Assembly (NCBI GenBank): GCA_034520945.1
Contig: JAXHNB010000005.1
Span: forward strand, 256,001-320,000
Direction: 5' to 3'
DNA length: 64,000 bases
Source of the DNA: Trueperaceae bacterium
GTDB taxonomy: Bacteria > Deinococcota > Deinococci > Deinococcales > Trueperaceae
Positions 1 to 8,504 of this stretch are shown piece by piece. The stretch's first letter is position 1, and each line of letters begins with the position of its first letter. Made by a program: the position numbers and the translations under genes. Under the pieces are notes generated by a model. It was not told where the DNA came from and ran no database searches. It saw only the letters and a list, made by a program, of their open reading frames with translations.

Positions 1-1
1 C

Positions 2-1375
2 AATGCCCGCTACCGCCGACTGCTGGCGGAGGGATCGACCGGGTTGTCGGTCGCGTTCGACCTCCCCACCCAGTTGGGTCTCGACCCGGACGACCCGCTG
101 GCCGCGGGGGAGGTGGGCCGCGTCGGCGTGTCCATCGCCACGGTGGACGACATGGACCGACTGTTCGCCGGCATTCCGTTGGACGAGGTCACCACCTCGA
201 TGACGATCAATGCGCCCGCCACGATGCTGCTGGCGATGTACACGCTGGTGGCGGAACGCCGCGGGACGCCGCTTCACGACCTGAACGGCACGGTTCAGAA
301 CGACATCCTGAAGGAGTACGCCGCGCGGGGCACCTACGTGTGGCCCATCGCGCCGTCCATGCGGCTGGTGACCGACCTGTTCGCCCATTGCGCGCGCGAG
401 CTGCCGGCATGGAACACCATCAGCATCTCCGGCTATCACATCCGTGAGGCCGGTGCGACGGCGGCGCAGGAGTTGGCGTTCACGCTCGCCAACGCGGAGG
501 CGTACGTGCGGGCGGCGCTGCGTGCGGGCCTGGAGATCGACGCGTTCGCGCCACGCCTCAGCTTCTTCTTCGCCTGCCACTCCGACCTGTTCGAGGAGGT
601 CGCCAAGTTCCGGGTCGCCCGCCGGGCGTGGGAACGGCGCATGCGAGAGCGCTTCGGCGCCGAGGATCCCCGCAGCCTCCGCCTGCGGTTCCACGCGCAG
701 ACCGGCGGGTCGACGCTGACGGCCCAGCAGCTCGACAACAACGTGGTGCGGACCGCGTACCAGGCCCTCGCCGCCGTGCTGGGCGGCACGCAGAGCCTCC
801 ACACCAACGCCAAGGACGAGGCGCTGGGGCTGCCGACCGAGGCGACGGCGCGCACCGCGCTTCGCACGCAGCAGATCCTGCTGCACGAGACCGGCGTGGC
901 GGACGCCATCGACCCCCTGGCGGGCAGCTACTACCTGGAGCACCTGTGCGATGCGCTGGAGGCGCAGGTGGAGGCGCTTCTGCGGCGCATCGACGACCTG
1001 GGCGGGGCGGTGGCCGCGCTGGAGTCCGGCATGGTGCACGAGGAGATCGAGGCGGCCGCCTACCGGCAACAACAGGAGATCGAGGAGGGCCGCCGCGTCG
1101 TGGTCGGGGTGAACCGGCACCGCGAGGAGGCGGGCGTCCAGCCGCCGGTGCAGCGGGTCGACGCCGACCTGCAGCGCCGCCGCGCCGAGGAGGTCCAGGC
1201 GTTCCGGGCGGCGCAAGACGGCGCCGCCGTCTCCGACGCGCTGGATCGCGTGCGCCAGGTGGCGGCCGGAACGGGCGACACCTTTGGGCCGATCCGCGAC
1301 GCGCTCCGTGCCGGCGCGACCCTGGGCGACACGTGCGGCGCGCTGCGCCAGACCTGGGGCGTCTACGAGGGGTGA
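2..1375 (+). CDS. Methylmalonyl-CoA mutase family, N-terminal substrate-binding (TIM barrel) subunit; 5'-truncated by window edge
   Basis: Frame open from position 2 (NARYRRLLAEGSTGLSVAFDLPTQLG). Motifs GTVQNDILKEY, WNTISISGYHIREAG, LRFHAQT, GGTQSLHTN. No C-terminal DxHxxG B12-binding domain. Confidence 0.92.
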   Translation, partial: NARYRRLLAEGSTGLSVAFDLPTQLGLDPDDPLAAGEVGRVGVSIATVDDMDRLFAGIPLDEVTTSMTINAPATMLLAMYTLVAERRGTPLHDLNGTVQNDILKEYAARGTYVWPIAPSMRLVTDLFAHCARELPAWNTISISGYHIREAGATAAQELAFTLANAEAYVRAALRAGLEIDAFAPRLSFFFACHSDLFEEVAKFRVARRAWERRMRERFGAEDPRSLRLRFHAQTGGSTLTAQQLDNNVVRTAYQALAAVLGGTQSLHTNAKDEALGLPTEATARTALRTQQILLHETGVADAIDPLAGSYYLEHLCDALEAQVEALLRRIDDLGGAVAALESGMVHEEIEAAAYRQQQEIEEGRRVVVGVNRHREEAGVQPPVQRVDADLQRRRAEEVQAFRAAQDGAAVSDALDRVRQVAAGTGDTFGPIRDALRAGATLGDTCGALRQTWGVYEG

Positions 1376-2346
1376 GGCGCCGCGCGGGCTCGCGCCGCCG
1401 TTCCGCGCGGTTCCTCGCCCTCGACCACCGACGCGATCAGATCGACGGTGGCGTCCAGATAGCTGCGTCCGTCTCGCAGGTGCCGTTCGGCGTCCATGTA
1501 CCCGTCGCGGCCGGTGTGGTCCATGGGGCCCATGTCGGCGACGGTGACCAGCCCCGAACGTTTGGCGCGGTTCCAGCTGGACCAGCGTACGAACGGCCAC
1601 CGTCCCGGGAACGCGATCGTGCTGAGCCGGGCCACCGCGTCGCGCCGACCCCGCGCATGCACGACGCGGTGCAGGCCCTCCAGGGTGCGCGGGCTGGCCA
1701 TCACGCCGCCCAGCGATAGCACCGTCGGCGACACGCCGAGCCGAGTGGCGAGCGGCCGGGCGGCCCCCAGCGCGATCTGCCCGCCGCCGCTGTACCCGAT
1801 CAGCACCACCGGCACGCCCGAGCCCGGCCGATAGCCGGCGCTCCGCAACCGTTGCGCCAGCAGGTCGGCCGAGCCCGCGTCGTACATCGGGCCGTAGCGG
1901 CGGTCGGCCGACACCGCCACCTGCCAACCGTTGCGGATGTTGATCAGCATGCCCGCCAGCCCAGCCAGCTGCCGCTTGGAGAGCTTGCGTGCGAGGGCCC
2001 AGCGCCAGAACCGCGCGAAGGTGCGTTGGCCGGTCAGTGGCCGGTCCGTCACCGAATAGGGGAACACCTCCAAAATCTCCGCGTCGCGCAACTCGGTCAT
2101 GAGGCGGTCCAGAAGAACCCGTTCACGCCGCGCGAAACTGACCCCGGACACGGTGTGGATGCCGGAGAGGAACACGACGTAGCAGGCGGCGTCGTTCTTG
2201 GGCACGTCCGGGTCTGGATCGCGGCCCCCCTCCTCGCCGAACCAACCGGCCCACCAACCCAACGTCTCGAGCGGGGCCAGCGCACCGGCGACCAGGAGCG
2301 CGACGGTGCCCACCAGCAGGACGGTCCAAGGGTCGGGGAACGTCAC
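1363..2346 (-). CDS. Membrane-anchored alpha/beta-hydrolase-fold protein
   Basis: GTG at 2346 overlaps the upstream stop (GTGA). N-terminal TM helix, GYSGGG nucleophile-elbow motif, later D and H residues (MDHTG). The upstream part of the 728-aa track ORF overlaps other genes. Confidence 0.65.
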   Translation of the reverse strand: MTFPDPWTVLLVGTVALLVAGALAPLETLGWWAGWFGEEGGRDPDPDVPKNDAACYVVFLSGIHTVSGVSFARRERVLLDRLMTELRDAEILEVFPYSVTDRPLTGQRTFARFWRWALARKLSKRQLAGLAGMLINIRNGWQVAVSADRRYGPMYDAGSADLLAQRLRSAGYRPGSGVPVVLIGYSGGGQIALGAARPLATRLGVSPTVLSLGGVMASPRTLEGLHRVVHARGRRDAVARLSTIAFPGRWPFVRWSSWNRAKRSGLVTVADMGPMDHTGRDGYMDAERHLRDGRSYLDATVDLIASVVEGEEPRGTAARARAAPHPS

Positions 2347-2909
2347 GTTCCCTCGCCTTTCGTGCGCCAAGCCTCGCGCCGCGCCCGCCAGCGCCGAAGC
2401 AACAGGTACGGGCCCTGCACCGTGCGACTCAGCCCCTCGGTCACCAGCCACGCCAGCGCGAACGCCAGCAGGGCCTCGGCCATGCCGACCCCGAACGCGC
2501 CGCGGGCCCCGACCGACAGCGCCAGGAACGTCCAGATCGTGAACAGGGCCGAGAGGGCGGACCCGAAGTACGGCGTCAGGATCAGGAACGAGAACAGCCG
2601 CGGCGCCTGCGCCAGGCCGACGACGCGCACCACGGCCGAGGGGTCCAGGTCCCGGCCGAACGCCGCCCCCAGCACCGCCAGCACGACGCCCCACACCACC
2701 ACCGACAACGCGAAGCTGGCCGTGCCGAGGGCGAGGCTCAGGGCGAAACGCCGCGGGCGGACCCGCGCCACGAACAGCGCCACCGACTGCCCCACCGCGT
2801 GCGAGGCGCTGGCGATGATCAGCACCGCCAACGCGAGCCACAGTCCGTTCGGGGCCTCCACCACCCGCGCGAACGCGGCCGGGTCCAGGCGCAGCGCACC
2901 CCCGATCAT
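2343..2909 (-). CDS. Yip1-like multi-pass membrane protein
   Basis: About 5 hydrophobic helices, 'VRVVGLAQAPRLF' Yip1-like segment, coupled to the downstream hydrolase gene. Confidence 0.6.
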   Translation of the reverse strand: MIGGALRLDPAAFARVVEAPNGLWLALAVLIIASASHAVGQSVALFVARVRPRRFALSLALGTASFALSVVVWGVVLAVLGAAFGRDLDPSAVVRVVGLAQAPRLFSFLILTPYFGSALSALFTIWTFLALSVGARGAFGVGMAEALLAFALAWLVTEGLSRTVQGPYLLLRRWRARREAWRTKGEGT

Positions 2910-2912
2910 CGG

Positions 2913-4064
2913 CTAGTGGGCGTGGCCCGCGTCCAGTTCGCCCGGCCTCAGGGGCAGGCGGTCGCCGCGGAAGGCGAAGGCGGCGATGGACGTGGTGAGC
3001 GGCACGGCCAGGACCAGGCCGATCGATCCGACCAGGGTGTGCACCACCTCGGCGGCGATCAGCTCCATGTTCACCGCGCGGCTCAGGCCGAACGAACCTT
3101 GGCTGAGCAGGACCAGTAGGGGCAGGGCCGCGCCGGTGTAGGCCAGAACGAGTGTGTTGACCAGCGACCCGACATGGTCGGTGCCGACCCGCATGCCGCG
3201 CAGGTACAGCGTCCGTAGGTCGCAGTCGGGGTCGGCGTGCGCCAGTTCGCGCACCACGGCGGCCTGCACGATGGTGATGTCGGTCAACGCGCCCAGCGCC
3301 CCCACCAGCAGTCCGGCCAGCATCAGGCCGCGTAGCGCCACCTGCGGCGCGACGGCGGCGATCATGCCCGCGTCTTCGCTGCCGTAGCCGGTGAGGTGAG
3401 CGGCGTTCGCGAAGAACACACCGAGCCCCATCGTGACCACCACCGCGATGGCGGTCCCCACGAGAGCGACGGTCGTCGACCACGACACGCCGTGCACGAA
3501 GTAGATGGCCAGCACCAGGATGCCGCCCACGCCCAGCAGCGACGTCCACACCGGGTCGGCGCCGGCCACGATCCGGGGGACGACGAACCCGATCACGATC
3601 GTTAGGCTGGCCGCCGTCGACACGAACGCACGCAAGCCCTTGTAGCGGGCCACCGCCACCGAGACCAGCAGGAACAGGGCGACCAGCCAGCCCAGGGCAG
3701 GACGACGGATCCAGTCGGACACGACGTAGGTGCGCCGACCGTCAGGCCCTGGCGAGACGTACACCTCGACCCGTTGGCCGGCGCGGAAGGGCGGCGCCGC
3801 CTCCTCGGCGTCCGGGTGTGGCGCCGGAAGCATGGCTTCGACCACGCGGCCGTCGTCCAACGCCACCACGGCGGTCCCGCCGTCCTCGCTCGGCGCTACG
3901 GATTCGAGACGTCCCTCCAGGTAGCCGATCTCGTCGCCGCTCGCCGCCCCCTGCGCCTGCACGGGCAGCGCACCCACCAGGAGCACACCGATCAGGACCG
4001 CCGCGATCCGGATCGCCAGCAGCGCCGAGGGCCATGATCGGCGGGCCACGCGAAGGCCCGTCAC
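2913..4064 (-). CDS. YibE/F family membrane protein
   Basis: Motifs GALGALTDITIVQA, GSLVNTLVLAYTGAALP, LVGSIGLVLAVPLTT. Start overlaps the fur stop (GTGA). Confidence 0.85.
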   Translation of the reverse strand: MTGLRVARRSWPSALLAIRIAAVLIGVLLVGALPVQAQGAASGDEIGYLEGRLESVAPSEDGGTAVVALDDGRVVEAMLPAPHPDAEEAAPPFRAGQRVEVYVSPGPDGRRTYVVSDWIRRPALGWLVALFLLVSVAVARYKGLRAFVSTAASLTIVIGFVVPRIVAGADPVWTSLLGVGGILVLAIYFVHGVSWSTTVALVGTAIAVVVTMGLGVFFANAAHLTGYGSEDAGMIAAVAPQVALRGLMLAGLLVGALGALTDITIVQAAVVRELAHADPDCDLRTLYLRGMRVGTDHVGSLVNTLVLAYTGAALPLLVLLSQGSFGLSRAVNMELIAAEVVHTLVGSIGLVLAVPLTTSIAAFAFRGDRLPLRPGELDAGHAH

Positions 4065-4474
4065 GAGCGCGGCGGCGCGGTGGCGGGTGCGCCCGTGCGG
4101 CCGCAGTACGGGCAGTGCCCGTACAGCGTCAGGGCATGGGCCTCGACGCGGTAGCCGCCCGGCAGGGTCACGCCCTCCAGGCCCGAAACCGGGCAGTCGG
4201 CGTCCAGCTCGTACACGCGGTCGCAGGCCAGGCAGCGGAAGTGATGGTGGTGGCCGCGGCCCGCCGGCTCGTAGCGCGTGGCGTCGTCCGGCAGGTGGAC
4301 CGGTACCACGTCGCCCGACGCCTCCAGGCGGGCGAGGTTGCGGTACACCGTGGCCAGGCCCAGCGTGTGGGCCTCCTGCAGGGCACGTTCGTGAACCTCC
4401 TGCGGGGTCAACGGGCCCGGCGCGGCGTGCAGGGCCTCCAGGATGGCGCGGCGTTGGTGGGTGCGTCGTGGCAT
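4061..4474 (-). CDS. Fur-family metalloregulator, probably Zur
   Basis: MPRRTHQRRAIL, GLATVYRNL, HHHHFRCLAC and C-terminal GHCPYC. Lies near znuACB. Confidence 0.88.
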   Translation of the reverse strand: MPRRTHQRRAILEALHAAPGPLTPQEVHERALQEAHTLGLATVYRNLARLEASGDVVPVHLPDDATRYEPAGRGHHHHFRCLACDRVYELDADCPVSGLEGVTLPGGYRVEAHALTLYGHCPYCGRTGAPATAPPRS

Positions 4475-4494
4475 GACGCTCAGTGCCCGCCCCC

Positions 4495-4854
4495 TCACCC
4501 CTGAGGGCGGGTCGTCAGCATGGGACCGAGCGGTCGGCCCCCAAGTAGGTGGACGTGCAGGTGGTTCACCTCTTGGCCGCCGTGCTCCTTGCAGTTCACG
4601 ATCAGACGGTAGCCGTGGGCCAGGCCTTCGTCGGCGGCGATTTTTCGAGCCACGGTGAACAGCCGTCCCAGCACGGCCTCGTCCTCCTCGCGGACGTCGT
4701 CGACCGTTTCGATCACGTGATTCGGCACGATCAGCACGTGCACCGGCGCTTTCGGCGAGATGTCGCGGAAGGCGGTGACGTCGTCGTCCTGGTACACCAC
4801 GTCGGCGGGGACCTCGCCCCGCACGATCCGTTGAAACAGCGTGTCCTCGGGCAT
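4495..4854 (-). CDS. Histidine triad (HIT) nucleotide-binding protein, HinT-like
   Basis: [17 protein letters not shown] and [16 protein letters not shown]. Confidence 0.93.
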   Translation of the reverse strand: MPEDTLFQRIVRGEVPADVVYQDDDVTAFRDISPKAPVHVLIVPNHVIETVDDVREEDEAVLGRLFTVARKIAADEGLAHGYRLIVNCKEHGGQEVNHLHVHLLGGRPLGPMLTTRPQG

Positions 4855-4863
4855 GGCGACAGT

Positions 4864-5406
4864 CTACTGGCCGTCGGCGCCGGACGCCGCATCGGCGAGT
4901 TCGCGCATCGTGAACAAGGCGCGCAGCTCCACGCCGATGTCGCGCATGGCGCCCGGGCCGCCCGCTTCCCGGTCGATGACGCATACGGCGTGCGAGACGA
5001 GGGCGCCCCGCTCGCGCAGGTCGCGGATGGAGGCCAGCAGCTGCCCCCCCGAGGTCACCACGTCTTCGACCACGAGCAGTCGCCGCCCCTCCACCTCGCC
5101 CCCTTCGGCCAGCCGCCGTGTGCCGTACGCCTTGGCCTCCTTGCGCACGAAGCGGGCGGGCAGGCCGGAGCGCTGCGCCAGCATCACCGCGAGCGGAATG
5201 CCGCCCGTCTCGAGCCCCGCGAAGGCGTCGATGCCGTCGGGAACCGTTCTCATCAAGGCGTCGCTCACGCGCCCCAACAGGACGGGATCGGCCTCGAACA
5301 GGTACTTGTCGAAGTACTCACTGCTGACCACGCCGCTGCGGAGGGTGAACGAACCCTGCAGGTGGGAGGCGCGGTACAGGTCGCGGGCCAGCGAAGCGTC
5401 GTCCAT
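4864..5406 (-). CDS. pyrE: Orotate phosphoribosyltransferase
   Basis: FTLRSG..S..YFDK, VRKEAKAYG, PRPP-binding VVEDVVTSG. ATG at 5406 follows TATCCT by 6 nt. Confidence 0.9.
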   Translation of the reverse strand: MDDASLARDLYRASHLQGSFTLRSGVVSSEYFDKYLFEADPVLLGRVSDALMRTVPDGIDAFAGLETGGIPLAVMLAQRSGLPARFVRKEAKAYGTRRLAEGGEVEGRRLLVVEDVVTSGGQLLASIRDLRERGALVSHAVCVIDREAGGPGAMRDIGVELRALFTMRELADAASGADGQ

Positions 5407-5460
5407 GCCGAAAGGATACCGCGGGCCGCGCCCATGCCCTAGGCGGGCGCACAGCGTACG

Positions 5461-5469
5461 TGCTAGAAT
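5461..5469 (+). promoter_or_regulatory. Extended -10 promoter (TGcTAGAAT) for rpmB
   Basis: TGCTAGAAT about 125 nt upstream of the AGGAGG RBS and ATG of rpmB. Confidence 0.55.
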
Positions 5470-5596
5470 CTCAGGAATGTGCCGGGCCCGCGCTCGGCCG
5501 CACCGCAATGTTCGCGGACGGCCCTGGACCGGGCGACCGGACGGCACCACGCCACCGCGTACCACGGGGCTTCGCGCCCCGCCCTAGGAGGAACCG

Positions 5597-5839
5597 ATGC
5601 CACGAGTGTGCGCCGTCACCGGCAAGAAGACCCGCAGCACCCAGTCCAGCAAGCGCAAGGGCTCGCCCAAGAAGCGGGGCGGCGTCGGCGTCAAGCAGGT
5701 CGGCGTCCACAAGCGCCAGGTCAAGCCGAACCTTCAGAAGCGGACCGTCTGGGTGGACGGTAAGCCGAAGCGGGTGTGGTTGTCGGCCAAGGCGATGAAA
5801 AACATGGATGCCACCGCGTTCGTGAACCCGAGCAAGTAG
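5597..5839 (+). CDS. rpmB: 50S ribosomal protein L28
   Basis: MPRVCAVTGKK...GGVG...KPNLQK. Strong AGGAGG RBS. Confidence 0.93.
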   Translation: MPRVCAVTGKKTRSTQSSKRKGSPKKRGGVGVKQVGVHKRQVKPNLQKRTVWVDGKPKRVWLSAKAMKNMDATAFVNPSK

Positions 5840-5869
5840 CCACCGCCACGCCGAGCTTCGCAGCGTGCG

Positions 5870-5895
5870 CAGGCCCGCCCCACGGGGCGGGCCTG
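5870..5895 (+). terminator. Hairpin, probable intrinsic terminator after rpmB
   Basis: Perfect 12-bp inverted repeat CAGGCCCGCCCC-AC-GGGGCGGGCCTG. Confidence 0.55.
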
Positions 5896-5927
5896 ATCGT
5901 CGTTCGCCGGAGGGAGGGGCCGGGGCG

Positions 5928-5956
5928 TTGCATTGCCCCGAGCCACCGGGTACAGT
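5928..5956 (+). promoter_or_regulatory. Sigma70-type promoter for leaderless znuA
   Basis: TTGCAT (5928-5933), 17 nt, TACAGT (5951-5956), 7 nt, ATG 5964. Confidence 0.6.
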
Positions 5957-5963
5957 CGCGCTC

Positions 5964-6926
5964 ATGAAAACGCATTCTCAAGAACTGGCGAGCTGGCACC
6001 GTCGTCTACGCTGGGGCGCCCTCTCGGCCCTCCTGTCGTTCGCCGCGCTCGCCAGCGCGTCGGGCCTCCACGTCGTGGTGTCCATCCCGCCGTACCAGGA
6101 GGTCGTGGCGCGGTTGGCCGGGGCCGACGCCACGGTGGAGGTCTTGCTCCCGCCCGGCGCCAGTCCGCACGCCTACGATCCCACGCCGCGCGACCTGGCC
6201 CGCCTGGAAGGGGCCGACCTGGTCGTGCTGAACGGCGGCGTGGACGCGTTCGTCCACACGCTCGTGGACGGCGCGGGCGGGCACGCGGCGGTGTTCGTGG
6301 CGCTCGACGCCCTGGCGGAGGCGGACCCGCACCGCACGCACGAGGCGGGCGAAGGGGCGCACGAGGAGGACGAAACGCACGAAGGGCACGAGGAGGACCA
6401 CGACGACGAATTTGATCACGGCGGGCCGAACCCCCACGTGTGGTTGGACCCGGTGCAGATGACCCAGATCGTGCAGGCCCTGGCCGAGCGCATGGTGGAG
6501 ATCGCGCCGGAACGCGCGGACGCCACCCGGGCGGCAGCCGATACCCTGGTGGACGAGCTGGAGGCATTGGACGCCGAACTGCGAACCCTGCTGGCGCCGG
6601 TCCGCGGGGCCGCCTTCGTGCCGTTCCACGACGCCTGGCCGCACTTCGCCGCCCGCTACGATCTCGACCTCGTGCTCGAGATCGAGCCGTTTCCGGGACG
6701 GGAGCCGGGCGCGGGCGAACTGGCCCGCGCCGTACGCGCGGTACGGGAGGCCGGCGCCCGGGCCATCTTCGACGAAGCGCAGCTGGCGGGCCGCTCCGCG
6801 CAGGTGCTGGCGGACGAGGCGGGCGTCGAGGTGGCGACGCTCGACCCGCTGGGCGACGGCGGGCCCTACGCCGAGCTGCTGAGGCGCAACGCCCAGACGA
6901 TCCTCGCCGCCCTCGCGGAGGAGTGA
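5964..6926 (+). CDS. znuA: Zinc ABC transporter substrate-binding protein
   Basis: Signal peptide, GASPHAYDP, His/Glu-rich loop (HEEDETHEGHEEDHDD), NPHVWLDP, FHDAWPHF. Confidence 0.88.
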   Translation: MKTHSQELASWHRRLRWGALSALLSFAALASASGLHVVVSIPPYQEVVARLAGADATVEVLLPPGASPHAYDPTPRDLARLEGADLVVLNGGVDAFVHTLVDGAGGHAAVFVALDALAEADPHRTHEAGEGAHEEDETHEGHEEDHDDEFDHGGPNPHVWLDPVQMTQIVQALAERMVEIAPERADATRAAADTLVDELEALDAELRTLLAPVRGAAFVPFHDAWPHFAARYDLDLVLEIEPFPGREPGAGELARAVRAVREAGARAIFDEAQLAGRSAQVLADEAGVEVATLDPLGDGGPYAELLRRNAQTILAALAEE

Positions 6927-6927
6927 C

Positions 6928-7665
6928 GTGCGGCCGCCGGCGGTGCGCTTGGACGGCGCCTGCGTCCGCGCCGGCGACGTCGAGGTCCTGAACGACGTCA
7001 CCTTCGCGCTCCCGGCGGGGCGTTTCCTCGCGGTGATCGGACCGAACGGCGCGGGCAAGTCCACGCTGGTCCGGCTGCTGCTCGGCTTGATCCACCCGCA
7101 CCGCGGGTCGGCCGAGGTGTTCGGGGGCGTGCCCGGTCGCGCCCCGGAGCGGATCGGCTACGTGCCGCAGCTGAAGTCGTTCGACCGCAGCTTCCCCGCC
7201 ACCGCGCTGGAGTTGGTGGTGTCGGGGGTGCGGCGCGCCTGGCCCGGGCGGGCCACGCGGCACGAGACGAAGGCCGCTCGGGCTGCGCTCGCGCGTGTCG
7301 GGGCGCCGCACCTCGCGGCGCGCGCCTTGGCGCGCCTGTCGGCGGGCGAACTGCAGCGGGCGTTCCTCGCGCGCGCCCTGGTGCGCGGTCCCGACCTGCT
7401 GCTGCTGGACGAGCCGGCGACCGGCGTGGACGTGCTGGCCGAGCACGACCTGTACGAGCTCCTCGAAGCGCACCAAGCCGCCACTGGCGCGACGGTCGTG
7501 ATGGTCACCCACGACCTGTCCGCCGCCCGACACCACGCCAGCGACGTGCTGGTTCTGAACCGAAGCGTCCACGGCTTCGGGCCGCCCGAACAGGCCCTCC
7601 AAGCCCACTGCCTGGAGCGCGCCTACGGGCACGTCGGACACGCCCATGGGGTCGCGCTGCCATGA
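6928..7665 (+). CDS. znuC: Zinc ABC transporter ATP-binding protein
   Basis: Walker A GPNGAGKST, IGYVPQ, LLLLDEP, VTHDL, His-rich C-terminus. Confidence 0.87.
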   Translation: MRPPAVRLDGACVRAGDVEVLNDVTFALPAGRFLAVIGPNGAGKSTLVRLLLGLIHPHRGSAEVFGGVPGRAPERIGYVPQLKSFDRSFPATALELVVSGVRRAWPGRATRHETKAARAALARVGAPHLAARALARLSAGELQRAFLARALVRGPDLLLLDEPATGVDVLAEHDLYELLEAHQAATGATVVMVTHDLSAARHHASDVLVLNRSVHGFGPPEQALQAHCLERAYGHVGHAHGVALP

Positions 7666-8504
7666 TCCTCGAGCTGCAGGAGATGCTCGGCTTCTCGTTC
7701 ATGCAGCGCGCGTTCCTCGGGGGGGCGGCGGTGGCGCTCATGGCCGGCCTGCTGGGCACCTTCGTCGTGCAACGCGGGTTGTCGTTCCTCGGCGACGGTC
7801 TGGCGCACGCCTCCTTCGGCGGCCTCGCGCTGGGCGCGCTGATCGCGTCGACCACCGCCGCCACCGGTGCGATGGGCCAGCCGTTGCTGATCGCGTTGCC
7901 GTTCACGGTGCTGGTGGCGTTGCTGATCGCGTGGGTGCGGGACGTCACCACCCTGTCCAGCGACACGGCGATCGGGGTGTTCTTCGCGGTCTCCGTCTCG
8001 CTGGGGGTGCTGTTCCTGTCCCGCATCCCGCCGGACCAGAACGTGATCGACGTGTGGCACCTGTTGTTCGGTTCCATCCTCGCGGTCGGCCCAGGCGACC
8101 TTCGGGTGATCCTCGCCACCGCAGCCCTCGTCCTGATCCTGGTGACGTGGCTGTGGGGCCGCTGGGCGTACGCGACCTTCGACGCGGAGCTGGCCCGGAG
8201 CGACGGAGTGCCGGTCCGCCGCTTGGACTACGCGCTGTTCGTGCTGGCCGCCGTCGCGGTCGTGGTCAGCGCGCAGGTGGTGGGCGTGATCCTGATGGCG
8301 GCCTACCTGGTGATCCCGGCGGCGTCGGCGCGCTTGCTGGCACGGTCGCTGATGGGGATGAGCGTCGGATCGGTCGCGATCGGCTTGGTCACCACCCTGG
8401 CCGGGCTCACGGGGTCGTACCTGTTCGACGTGCCCAGCGGGTCCGCCATCGTGTTGTTGCAGGCCTGCACGTTCGCCCTCGCCATGATGCTGCGGCCGCG
8501 TTAG
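7662..8504 (+). CDS. znuB: Zinc ABC transporter permease
   Basis: FMQRAF, FLGDGLAHASFGG, LLFGSILAV, DVPSGSAIV (ABC-3 family). Confidence 0.87.
   Translation: MILELQEMLGFSFMQRAFLGGAAVALMAGLLGTFVVQRGLSFLGDGLAHASFGGLALGALIASTTAATGAMGQPLLIALPFTVLVALLIAWVRDVTTLSSDTAIGVFFAVSVSLGVLFLSRIPPDQNVIDVWHLLFGSILAVGPGDLRVILATAALVLILVTWLWGRWAYATFDAELARSDGVPVRRLDYALFVLAAVAVVVSAQVVGVILMAAYLVIPAASARLLARSLMGMSVGSVAIGLVTTLAGLTGSYLFDVPSGSAIVLLQACTFALAMMLRPR

Noticed and set aside
2..1375. Methylmalonyl-CoA mutase lacking a B12-binding domain as a pseudogene
   Set aside because: Split mutases with a separately encoded small B12-binding subunit are common, and the ORF ends at the usual point for the large subunit.
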